DNA of 63,811 nt from an uncultured Gammaproteobacteria bacterium (GTDB lineage: Bacteria; Patescibacteriota; Microgenomatia; Levybacterales; UBA12049), in NCBI GenBank assembly GCA_964416445.1, contig CAYQEE010000001.1, positions 1 to 63,811 of the forward strand, read 5' to 3'. A program made the translations under genes and the position numbers. The notes under the pieces are model-generated. The model was not told the DNA's origin and did not search any database. It was given only the letters and a program-made list of their open reading frames with translations. Below, one piece after another: positions 36,328 to 44,117 of the stretch (positions are counted from its first letter, which is position 1; each line of letters begins with the position of its first letter).

Positions 36328-37299
36328 ATGCTATTTCGAGATATTTTGTATAAAAATGTTACAAAAAATAACAGATGGTTACAGTATCTATTATTACTTG
36401 GCTATTCGCTTGTTATTATTCTTCTCACCAGTTATTTTGTGTATGTACTAATACTTTCGAAAATGCAACAAAACCAGGAAAAGATGCAAACTTCTCATAC
36501 TGCCGAAACTGCACCTCTCCCGGGAGATACTCGTCTTGAACAAAATGTTACTACAGAAACACCTCAGTCAACATTAGATCAAGAGATTGGAACCGATTCT
36601 ACAGGTAGTGCTTCAGTAATTTTGCATGGCTCTCGTGATTCGAAGCAGATTGCCTTAACCTTTGACGCAGAGATGACTGAATTTATGCGTGATCAAGTTG
36701 AAACAAAAAAAGTGAAAGATTCTTATGATAAAAGAATAATTGATTTACTCGATAAAACAGGTACCAAAGCGACATTTTTTTTAACTGGAATTTGGATTGA
36801 ACTTTATCCAAGTATTACAAAACAATTATCCAATGATCCATTATTTGAGTTGGGAAGTCACTCCTATGGAGATTATTCATATTCAGGAAGTTGTTTTGGT
36901 CTTCTGCCATTAACGGATGAACAAAAAATTGAACAAGTAGGAGCCACCGAATTACTTTTGAAAATTTATGGTGGAATAGAAAATAAACTTTTTCGATTTC
37001 CTGGTGGATGCTATTCTCAGAGTAATTTGAATTTAATTCATCAAGTGAACGATGTTGTTGTACATTGGGACGTGAACGCAAATGATGGATTTAACAATAA
37101 TACACAACAAATTATTAATAATGTGATTAGTACGGTACAAAATGGTTCGATAATTATTATGCATCTTAATGGTTCGCCGAATGCTCCAAAAACATTTGAT
37201 GCATTGCAAGTGATTCTTCCTACACTTAAGGCTCAAGGGTATCAATTTGTGAAAGTATCCGAATTACTCAATTTGTCACCCGAACAAAGAGTTTATTAA
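36328..37299 (+). CDS. Polysaccharide deacetylase (CE4/NodB-like) with divergent metal-site motifs, membrane anchored
   Basis: N-terminal TM; NodB-like order of motifs: IALTFDAE (36658-36672), ATFFLTG, GSHSYGD (36859-36873), FRFPGG, IIIMHLNG. Confidence 0.75.
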   Translation: MLFRDILYKNVTKNNRWLQYLLLLGYSLVIILLTSYFVYVLILSKMQQNQEKMQTSHTAETAPLPGDTRLEQNVTTETPQSTLDQEIGTDSTGSASVILHGSRDSKQIALTFDAEMTEFMRDQVETKKVKDSYDKRIIDLLDKTGTKATFFLTGIWIELYPSITKQLSNDPLFELGSHSYGDYSYSGSCFGLLPLTDEQKIEQVGATELLLKIYGGIENKLFRFPGGCYSQSNLNLIHQVNDVVVHWDVNANDGFNNNTQQIINNVISTVQNGSIIIMHLNGSPNAPKTFDALQVILPTLKAQGYQFVKVSELLNLSPEQRVY

Positions 37300-37370
37300 T
37301 TAATTCTCTTGCAAATGTACATATTGTTCTTTACACTAAAATTATACTTTAAAAATGGGGGTGATGAAAT

Positions 37371-37481
37371 GTGTTGAAAAAAATTAATACAACTCGAGCA
37401 AGAATTCCTGTCGTAAAACCAAATCCTTCCGCAAATAAATCTCGAGTAACAGCAACGAAAAATACAAAAAAGAAAAAATAA
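37371..37481 (+). CDS. Candidate 36-aa lysine-rich small protein (ORF B; not in ORF track)
   Basis: GTG start preceded by GGGGGTGAT (37357-37365), 8/9 match to GGAGGTGAT, spacing ~6 nt. Translation (M)LKKINTTRARIPVVKPNPSANKSRVTATKNTKKKK, stop TAA 37479-37481. No clear terminator. Confidence 0.4.
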   Translation: MLKKINTTRARIPVVKPNPSANKSRVTATKNTKKKK

Positions 37482-37520
37482 CGGATACATAAGACTGTAG
37501 TTGTTAATCGAAACAAGGAA

Positions 37521-37548
37521 TTGACAAGTTATTAGAATATCCTATACG
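37521..37548 (+). promoter_or_regulatory. Sigma70-like promoter TTGACA-N16-TATACG upstream of the ABC exporter
   Basis: Perfect -35 TTGACA at 37521-37526; -10-like TATACG at 37543-37548; ATG at 37577. Confidence 0.35.
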
Positions 37549-37576
37549 CTAAAAAGGCATTCATAAACCTGTCCAT

Positions 37577-39340
37577 ATGAAAGTTGAAAAACAAGTACTT
37601 TTTAACCTCATGAAACCTTATTTGTTAGGGTTGCTTGGGGTTATCTTGTTAATGTTTATGAATGTTGGCCTTGAGGCCCTCGCTCCTTGGCCATTTAAAT
37701 TTCTTATAGATAACGTTTTAGGTGATGAAGTCCTTGATAAACATACTCTTATTGGTGGGTTTTTTGCTCTTTTTGCAAATCAAGAATATTTAGGATATTT
37801 TATCGTTTTTGTCTTTTTCTTCATTAATATCTTACTGAGTTTTACTGAATATTTTCGATCAGTTTCGATGAAACGTGTTATTAAAGGAATAATTTATGAG
37901 TTTTCAAAAATTGCATTTAGTAACATGGAAAAATTTGATATTGGTTTCTTTAGAAAACAAGAAGTTGGAGATTATATCTACCGATTAAGTTATGATGTTT
38001 CTGCCCTCGGAGATTTAATTGAAGAAGGTATTCTCCCCATTATTACCTCTGGTCTCTATTTAATTATCACAACCATTATCATGTTTACGATTAGCATTAA
38101 ATTAACACTCATTTCCTTAGCTGCATTGCCGTTTCTTGCTGCTGGGTTATATGTCGTCAATAAACGAATAGCTAGCGCAAGCAAACGATCAGAGGGATGG
38201 AACAGTACTGTTTTTTCATTTATTCAAGAAGCATTAACGCAATTAAAGATAATTCAGGCATTTTCTCAAGAGGAGAAAGAATCTCAAAATTTTAATCATA
38301 CAATTAGAACATCACTCAAAACTGATCTTCACTTATATCGTTTGAATTTTTTACTGAGTCTCTTGGTAGGAGTTATTATCGCGGTATCATATTCATCAAT
38401 TATTGGTATTGGAATAAATTATTATTTTAATGGCGAATTATCTACTGGATTGCTCATTGTTTTTATTTTTTATCTTGATAATTTAACGAATCCATTGCTT
38501 GATATTATTTATGCCTCAACAGCGATAAAAGAAGCTCGAGTTAAAATCGCAAGAATGAAAGATTTTTTTGCGACGCAAAAACATACCCATGATACCGGTA
38601 CGTTAACAGAGATAACAAAGCCTTCTATTGAGTTTAGAAACGTTACCTTATATGGTGAGGCAGGTGTGAAAATATTAAATAATGTTTCATTTACGATTAA
38701 ACCTGGTGAGTTAACTGTCATTGTTGGCGTGAGCGGGTCAGGTAAAACATCGCTTATCTCTTTAATACCGCGACTGATTAATGAACCAAATGAAGGGCAA
38801 ATTCTTATTGGCGGTCATGATATCCATGAATATGCATTACAAACCTTGAGAAATGCCATATCGCTTGTTCCTCAAGAAAATATACTCTTTAATGAGACTA
38901 TTCATGATATTATTGCCTACGGCAAATCTAGTGCCTCTATGGAAGAAATAAAACATGCAGCACGATTAGCAATTGCAGATGAATTCATAGAGGAACATCC
39001 TCATGGTTATAAATTTCGAGTTGGAGAAGGGGGTAATTATTTATCAGGTGGTCAAAGACAGCGGCTTATGTTGGCACGAGCATTTTTGAAGCCAGCCGAA
39101 ATTTTTATTTTTGATGAACCTTTATCAATGTTAGATATTAAAACTCGTTCAAAAATTTGGCATACGATTCTTGAAGTATCACAAGGTAAAACGACGATTA
39201 TTGTAACCAATGTGTTAGATGTTATTACCAGAGCGGATCAAGTTATTTTTATCAGTAAAGGAAAAATTATTGAGTCAGGAAAGCATAATGATTTATTAAA
39301 AAAATCAAATCTTTATCATCTTATGGTAACAACCGATTAG
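37577..39340 (+). CDS. ABC exporter, fused TMD-NBD half transporter (MsbA/PglK-like)
   Basis: Six-TM N-terminal domain; Walker A GVSGSGKTS, signature LSGGQRQRLMLARA, Walker B IFIFDEPLSMLD; no C39 peptidase domain. Confidence 0.93.
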   Translation: MKVEKQVLFNLMKPYLLGLLGVILLMFMNVGLEALAPWPFKFLIDNVLGDEVLDKHTLIGGFFALFANQEYLGYFIVFVFFFINILLSFTEYFRSVSMKRVIKGIIYEFSKIAFSNMEKFDIGFFRKQEVGDYIYRLSYDVSALGDLIEEGILPIITSGLYLIITTIIMFTISIKLTLISLAALPFLAAGLYVVNKRIASASKRSEGWNSTVFSFIQEALTQLKIIQAFSQEEKESQNFNHTIRTSLKTDLHLYRLNFLLSLLVGVIIAVSYSSIIGIGINYYFNGELSTGLLIVFIFYLDNLTNPLLDIIYASTAIKEARVKIARMKDFFATQKHTHDTGTLTEITKPSIEFRNVTLYGEAGVKILNNVSFTIKPGELTVIVGVSGSGKTSLISLIPRLINEPNEGQILIGGHDIHEYALQTLRNAISLVPQENILFNETIHDIIAYGKSSASMEEIKHAARLAIADEFIEEHPHGYKFRVGEGGNYLSGGQRQRLMLARAFLKPAEIFIFDEPLSMLDIKTRSKIWHTILEVSQGKTTIIVTNVLDVITRADQVIFISKGKIIESGKHNDLLKKSNLYHLMVTTD

Positions 39341-39360
39341 TATGAAAGGAGGTGTAGCAA

Positions 39361-39471
39361 ATGATGGGAAAAAGTAATTCTAGACCTGACTCAAAACCAA
39401 GACCCGTAACGCCAAAACCGCCACAAGGTTTTGGAAGAGTTAGAGTTTCAACACCAAAAAAAGGAAAATAA
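39361..39471 (+). CDS. 36-aa basic Pro/Lys-rich small protein (ORF A; not in ORF track)
   Basis: Perfect SD AAGGAGGTG at 39346-39354, 6 nt before the ATG; MMGKSNSRPDSKPRPVTPKPPQGFGRVRVSTPKKGK; starts 20 nt after the ABC exporter stop; followed by an intrinsic terminator. Confidence 0.65.
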   Translation: MMGKSNSRPDSKPRPVTPKPPQGFGRVRVSTPKKGK

Positions 39472-39491
39472 TTTTTTACTAACTTTTTAAT

Positions 39492-39525
39492 AAAATCCGC
39501 TTTAAAAGAGCGGATTTTATTTTTC
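39492..39525 (+). terminator. Rho-independent terminator
   Basis: 9-bp stem AAAATCCGC (39492-39500) / GCGGATTTT (39510-39518), 9-nt loop, followed by ATTTTT. Confidence 0.75.
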
Positions 39526-39627
39526 TCTATTGACAATTGTATTATATTAATTCACGATAATAATAACTTCTAACCTCTCTGCCTAAGGTTATAAATAGAG
39601 TGTGTTAGACAAAAGGAGGTGAATACA

Positions 39628-39723
39628 ATGGCTGCCAAAAAATCAACAAAGAAAGCAGTAAAAAAGGCTGCTCCAAAAGGAATCAAGTTACCAGGGAAAA
39701 AAGTTATTTCAAAAAAACGATAA
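39628..39723 (+). CDS. 31-aa highly basic (AKK-rich, histone-H1-tail-like composition) small protein (ORF C; not in ORF track)
   Basis: Perfect SD AAGGAGGTGA at 39613-39622, 5 nt before the ATG; MAAKKSTKKAVKKAAPKGIKLPGKKVISKKR (13/31 K+R, no acidic residue); followed by a strong terminator. Confidence 0.65.
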   Translation: MAAKKSTKKAVKKAAPKGIKLPGKKVISKKR

Positions 39724-39737
39724 ATTTGTAATGACTT

Positions 39738-39772
39738 TAAAAAAAGAACCCGTCTTAGACGGGTTCTTTTTC
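39738..39772. terminator. Bidirectional Rho-independent terminator between convergent genes
   Basis: A-tract 39738-39744, stem AGAACCCGT (39745-39753) / ACGGGTTCT (39759-39767), T-tract 39768-39771; the minus-strand NHL gene stop is at 39774-39776. Confidence 0.8.
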
Positions 39773-39773
39773 G

Positions 39774-42266
39774 TTAGAGGCACAGATACAAGGAGCAGTA
39801 AGTATCATATCGCTTTTTTGATAACACGGTTAATAAATTAAGGGGCTCGTTGAATTTCTTTATATTATAACTTTGTAGGTTATTTGGTGAAGTATTGGTA
39901 TTTTTGGACGATTCAGTAGATGTTGCTATCTCGAAACTGGGCAGCTCCACATAATTATCATTGAGATATGCAGATAAAAATACTGAATATGTTGCATTGT
40001 CATGGAGATCTCCATTAGGAATGCTTACTAGGTATCGGGATGTAGGTGTCCCGGTAGTCGTATAGGATACTGTACAATTGCTTGCATTAGCATCCGGACA
40101 ATTCTGATCAGTCAATTGCAGTGTTACCGTGGCATTTGCTGCAACAATTCCTGTGAAAGTTGGAGTGAGCGTCTGGAGAGTATATGATTTTTGTATATCG
40201 CTCGGATGTATCGATGAAAGGTCTACAGAACCTATGCTATCGATATGAGAAATGGTGAGTGGGAAAAAACTAGTAGACGAAAGTATATCTAATGAGTTAA
40301 CGCGAAAAGTACCAGTATTATCCTGGGTCTCTTGAATATGACCTCCATTATCAAACGCGTCAACTTTCCATTGATAACTACCGGAAGGTAATGTTTTGCC
40401 CCCTTCAAAAAATGACTTATTATTTGAATCGATAGCATTTACTTGGATCTCTGAACTTTCCTGTGAATAAACAGCATGAAAGGAAGCATTTTCATAAATT
40501 CCATTATTTGTAGTCGTGTTCTTGTAAGTTGCTGCGTTTTTGTTATCACTATTTCCTTTTACACTTGCGAAATCAACAGGGATATTATCGAGGTAAGGAA
40601 GCCAATCATTTGTTGTTCCAACACGCTTAATGTAAATAGCATATTTTGTAACATTATCTCTCATTGCAGTATGCTGTGTACTAACCGAAAAATCAAATAC
40701 AGGAAGCGAAGTAGTAAGCAATTGACCTCCAGCTGGACTATTCAATGCAAACGGTTGAAAGTAAAATGCATTTCCAAGAATATCATTATTATTATCAGTA
40801 ACACGAATGCGAACATTATAGCTTCCATCTGCTGGAGGGTTATTGAGCGTTGGATCAAAATCGAAGTAAAACGATTCAGGATTTTCATAGAATGATCCAT
40901 CAGCTGATTGTACTCCATCCCAGGTACCATAATTCACTGAATCTTCTACATTTCGAATAGTATAGTTTGTATCTACCGATGCAGTTCCCGTAAGCCGTAA
41001 CAGTGGCCCGTCAGGCTGACCTACCGTACTATTTGCAAGGGAAATATTTGGTTGAGCTGTTGCATTTGGATAAATTATGACTCTATTATTTGCTGTATCT
41101 GAAACAATCAGTTGTGAACTTGTTGCAAATACTCCTTGAGGTCCAGAAAGTGATCCAGGATTCAATCCATTCGTATTATTGATACTCGTATTAAATGCGA
41201 ATTGTCCTAATACAATATCAGCTACTGGGTTATTTGCAGCAGGGACAGAATTGAAAATAAGAACACGATTATAGGTGCGTTCGGCACCATACAGTCTTCC
41301 GTTTGTGTCAAAGGCTAGTCCATAGGGTTTAAAGGTAGATCCAGTAACCGTTGTTCCCCCGCTCAGTAGTGAATTTGATGTAAAGTTTGGCTGACCGAGA
41401 ACACTATCTGCTGATGCGCTACTCGTAGTGGGAATTGTACCAAAATTTAATGTGCGGTTGTTGTTTAAATCACCAATAATTAATCTCCCATCACTATTTA
41501 CGGCTATTGCACTTGGACTTGCTAATCCACTATTGGATAATCCAAAGGTATTTGCCGTTTTAGTGGTAAATACCGATTGGCCAATAACAGTATTCGCACT
41601 TGCGTTGGATCCTGTCGGAATAGTATTAAAAATAAGTACTCTATTATTTCCTCGGTCTGCAATGAGTAGTTTTGTTCCATTTGAAGCTACTGAAGTTGGA
41701 TTCTGTAGCGTATTTGGTCCAACAGTTCCTGTTTGGTTAATGCCACATGAAGTAAAATTTTGTTGTCCAATAACAACATCTGCTTTTGCACCATTACTTG
41801 TCGGGATAGTGTTATAAATAAGCACGCGATTATTATTTGTGTCTGCAATAAACAGTTTTCCATTTACGGAATAAATACTTCCCTCACCAATATTAACTGT
41901 TGTTTGCGTACAACCTCCGCCACCTGTTGAAAATCCACTTTGTCCGATTACTGTATTTGCTGAAGCATTTGCTGATGTTGGAATGGCATTAAATATTAAC
42001 ACACGATTATTGCCATTGTCTGCTACCAGGAGTTGATTTCCGACAATAATTGCACCACCAGGTCCATTTAGCGTATTGCTAGAAATTGAACCACCTTGAT
42101 TTGCTGCATTGGAAAACATATCAGGTTGACCGATAACAAGAGTTGCGTCCATTCCTGAGTAATATGCTGAGGCGTTAAACAGTAACGGAGCTAGGAGCAA
42201 AAAAATTACCCCCATGGATAGGAGAGATACTCCGAATAAATACGATTTGATATAATAAAATCGCAT
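39774..42266 (-). CDS. Secreted NHL-repeat six-bladed beta-propeller protein with large uncharacterised beta-rich C-terminal region
   Basis: Signal peptide/anchor (LFGVSLLSMGVIFLLLAPLLFNASA); six units ending in (N/Y)N(R)(V/T)L(I/N)(F/Y)N.IPT....A..V(I/L)GQ..F; ~420 further aa with no recognisable motifs. Confidence 0.85.
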   Translation of the reverse strand: MRFYYIKSYLFGVSLLSMGVIFLLLAPLLFNASAYYSGMDATLVIGQPDMFSNAANQGGSISSNTLNGPGGAIIVGNQLLVADNGNNRVLIFNAIPTSANASANTVIGQSGFSTGGGGCTQTTVNIGEGSIYSVNGKLFIADTNNNRVLIYNTIPTSNGAKADVVIGQQNFTSCGINQTGTVGPNTLQNPTSVASNGTKLLIADRGNNRVLIFNTIPTGSNASANTVIGQSVFTTKTANTFGLSNSGLASPSAIAVNSDGRLIIGDLNNNRTLNFGTIPTTSSASADSVLGQPNFTSNSLLSGGTTVTGSTFKPYGLAFDTNGRLYGAERTYNRVLIFNSVPAANNPVADIVLGQFAFNTSINNTNGLNPGSLSGPQGVFATSSQLIVSDTANNRVIIYPNATAQPNISLANSTVGQPDGPLLRLTGTASVDTNYTIRNVEDSVNYGTWDGVQSADGSFYENPESFYFDFDPTLNNPPADGSYNVRIRVTDNNNDILGNAFYFQPFALNSPAGGQLLTTSLPVFDFSVSTQHTAMRDNVTKYAIYIKRVGTTNDWLPYLDNIPVDFASVKGNSDNKNAATYKNTTTNNGIYENASFHAVYSQESSEIQVNAIDSNNKSFFEGGKTLPSGSYQWKVDAFDNGGHIQETQDNTGTFRVNSLDILSSTSFFPLTISHIDSIGSVDLSSIHPSDIQKSYTLQTLTPTFTGIVAANATVTLQLTDQNCPDANASNCTVSYTTTGTPTSRYLVSIPNGDLHDNATYSVFLSAYLNDNYVELPSFEIATSTESSKNTNTSPNNLQSYNIKKFNEPLNLLTVLSKKRYDTYCSLYLCL
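41052..42146 (-). repeat. Six tandem NHL-type blades (protein-level repeat, ~60 aa period)
   Basis: NNRVL at aa 86, 145, 207; NNRTL 269; YNRVL 332; NNRVI 393, each followed by IPT/VPA...A(N/D).V(I/L)GQ. Confidence 0.8.
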
Positions 42267-42421
42267 GGTAAAAATGCTTCTTACTTCTTAGCGTACAAGG
42301 TGGTAGCCTGAGAATCAAGGGGATAAATTATGTTTCTATAGTGAGAAAAAAGTATCTTGTAAATCTGTAGATAAGCTGAAAAAATTCTTAAGAATATGAT
42401 CTTTACTCATTATAGCGAGCC

Positions 42422-42430
42422 TGGTAGAAT
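42422..42430 (+). promoter_or_regulatory. Extended -10 (TGGTAGAAT) exactly 6 nt upstream of the ATG (leaderless candidate)
   Basis: TGGTAGAAT at 42422-42430, GGTTAT, ATG at 42437; possible -35 TTTACT at 42402-42407 (17-nt spacer); no SD. Confidence 0.5.
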
Positions 42431-42436
42431 GGTTAT

Positions 42437-43390
42437 ATGAATATAAGTATTGTCATCCCAAATTATAATGGTGAGACAATCCTTAAGAAAAATCTGCCTA
42501 AAGTTCTTGAGGCTGTAAAGAATTATAAAAAAGGAACCGTAGAGATAATTATTCCTGATGATCCGTCGACTGATAATTCAGAAAATATCATTCAAGATTT
42601 TATTGCTCACCTTCCTCAAAAAAATATTACGGGTAAAACTGTCACGAATAAAAATCAGTCTTTATCGGGATTTTCAAAAAATGTTAATCGTGGCATTTCT
42701 CTCGCGTCTGGAGAGATCTTAATTCTTCTCAATACTGACGTTGCTCCGCATAATGATTTTCTCGAACCTTTACTTGCTCACTTTTCTGACCCAACTGTTT
42801 TTGCCGTGGGGTGTTTAGATGAAAGTATTGAGAATGAAAAAATTGTGCTGCGTGGTAGGGGAGTAGGAAAATGGAATAGAGGTTTTTTAGTTCATCGACG
42901 AGGAGAATTAGATAGTATTGAAACACTTTGGGCAAGCGGTGGAAGTAGTGCCTTTAGGAAATCAACTTGGGATCAATTAGGAGGGCTTAACGAATTATAT
43001 AATCCTTATTATTGGGAAGATATTGATATTTCATATCGTGCAAGAAAAGCCGGATTTCGAGTTCTCTTTGAGAAAAAAAGTAAGGTTATTCATGAACATG
43101 GAAAAGGTGCAATTCAAACACTTAAAAAGCCATTTCATATAAGAAAAACTGCTTATCGTAATCAATTTTTCTTTGTTTGGTTAAATATTACCGATTTTCC
43201 TTTCATTTTGTCTCATCTTTTTTGGTTACCTTATCATGTAATAACAGCGTTATTTCGTAAAGATAATGCATTTTTTTTCGGATTTTCGGAAGCTTTGGTA
43301 TCATTACCAAAAGTAATGGTGGAAAGAAAGAAATGTAAAAAATTATTCATTAAATCAGATATGCAGGTATTGCTTGAGGTTGGGGACTAA
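42437..43390 (+). CDS. GT2 glycosyltransferase
   Basis: ISIVIPNYNGE, IIIPDDPSTDNS, LLNTDV, GGSSAFRKS, WEDIDISYRARKAG. Confidence 0.85.
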   Translation: MNISIVIPNYNGETILKKNLPKVLEAVKNYKKGTVEIIIPDDPSTDNSENIIQDFIAHLPQKNITGKTVTNKNQSLSGFSKNVNRGISLASGEILILLNTDVAPHNDFLEPLLAHFSDPTVFAVGCLDESIENEKIVLRGRGVGKWNRGFLVHRRGELDSIETLWASGGSSAFRKSTWDQLGGLNELYNPYYWEDIDISYRARKAGFRVLFEKKSKVIHEHGKGAIQTLKKPFHIRKTAYRNQFFFVWLNITDFPFILSHLFWLPYHVITALFRKDNAFFFGFSEALVSLPKVMVERKKCKKLFIKSDMQVLLEVGD

Positions 43391-43393
43391 CTT

Positions 43394-44116
43394 ATGAAAC
43401 TTTCAATTATCATTCCTGTGTTTAACGAAGAAAAAAGTATAGTATCAATATTAAAACAAGTACAAGAGGTACGTATTCCGAATGTTACTAAAGAAATTAT
43501 TATTGTGGATGATGGTTCTCGAGATAATACCGCAAATATCATAAAAGATTATGTTTACCGAAAACATCAGAATGAAATAAATTTGTTTACCCATACAGTC
43601 AATAAGGGAAAAGGGGCAGCAATCATTACAGGTATAAAAGAAGCAAAAGGAGATTATATAATTATTCAGGATGCAGATATGGAATATGATCCTTCCTATA
43701 TAAAAAAGCTTGTAGACCCAATACTGAATAAAAAGGCTCAAGTCGTCTATGGTACACGGCTCAATAGGCTTCCTCACTTCAAAAATGAGGAGAAAGAACC
43801 TCTTTTTATTTTGCATTATTTAGGAAACCGTTTTCTCAGTTTCATTACTAGTATGTTATATGGGCAGTGGATAACTGATATGGAAACTTGTTATAAACTA
43901 TTTCCTAAAGATGTTGTCGATTCGTTACATCTTTCAGCAAAGGGGTTTGATTTTGAACCAGAAATTACTGCAAAGCTGTTAAAGAAAGGTTATAAAATTA
44001 TTGAAATACCCATTGTTACAAAACCAAGAGGATATCAGGAAGGAAAAAAATTAAATGCACTCCATGAGGGTCCTCGTGCGTTATGGGTACTTTGTAAATA
44101 TCGATTTGTAGATTAA
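43394..44116 (+). CDS. GT2 glycosyltransferase, DPM1/CsbB-like polyprenyl-phosphate sugar synthase
   Basis: LSIIIPVFNEE, IIIVDDGSRDNT, IIQDADMEYDP (DxD), ~240 aa. Confidence 0.85.
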   Translation: MKLSIIIPVFNEEKSIVSILKQVQEVRIPNVTKEIIIVDDGSRDNTANIIKDYVYRKHQNEINLFTHTVNKGKGAAIITGIKEAKGDYIIIQDADMEYDPSYIKKLVDPILNKKAQVVYGTRLNRLPHFKNEEKEPLFILHYLGNRFLSFITSMLYGQWITDMETCYKLFPKDVVDSLHLSAKGFDFEPEITAKLLKKGYKIIEIPIVTKPRGYQEGKKLNALHEGPRALWVLCKYRFVD

Positions 44117-44117
44117 C

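Noticed and set aside
37296-37490. 64-aa minus-strand ORF in the deacetylase/ABC spacer
   Set aside because: It is Cys/Phe-rich nonsense-like sequence with no SD or promoter. The plus strand here has an SD-led small basic ORF (B), which is the better explanation.
39321-39536. 71-aa minus-strand ORF opposite small ORF A
   Set aside because: It runs antisense through a perfect SD, an ORF and a terminator on the plus strand, and overlaps the exporter 3' end. It has no signals of its own.
40476-41817. Plus-strand ORFs of 139 aa (40476-40895) and 129 aa (41428-41817) opposite the NHL gene
   Set aside because: They are antisense shadows of a repeat-rich gene, and their translations are low complexity.
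1-42266. Diversity-generating retroelement targeting the repeat-rich surface proteins (giant protein, NHL protein)
   Set aside because: There is no reverse transcriptase ORF. I also noticed no template/variable repeat pair with adenine-specific differences; the repeats are protein-level and diverged.
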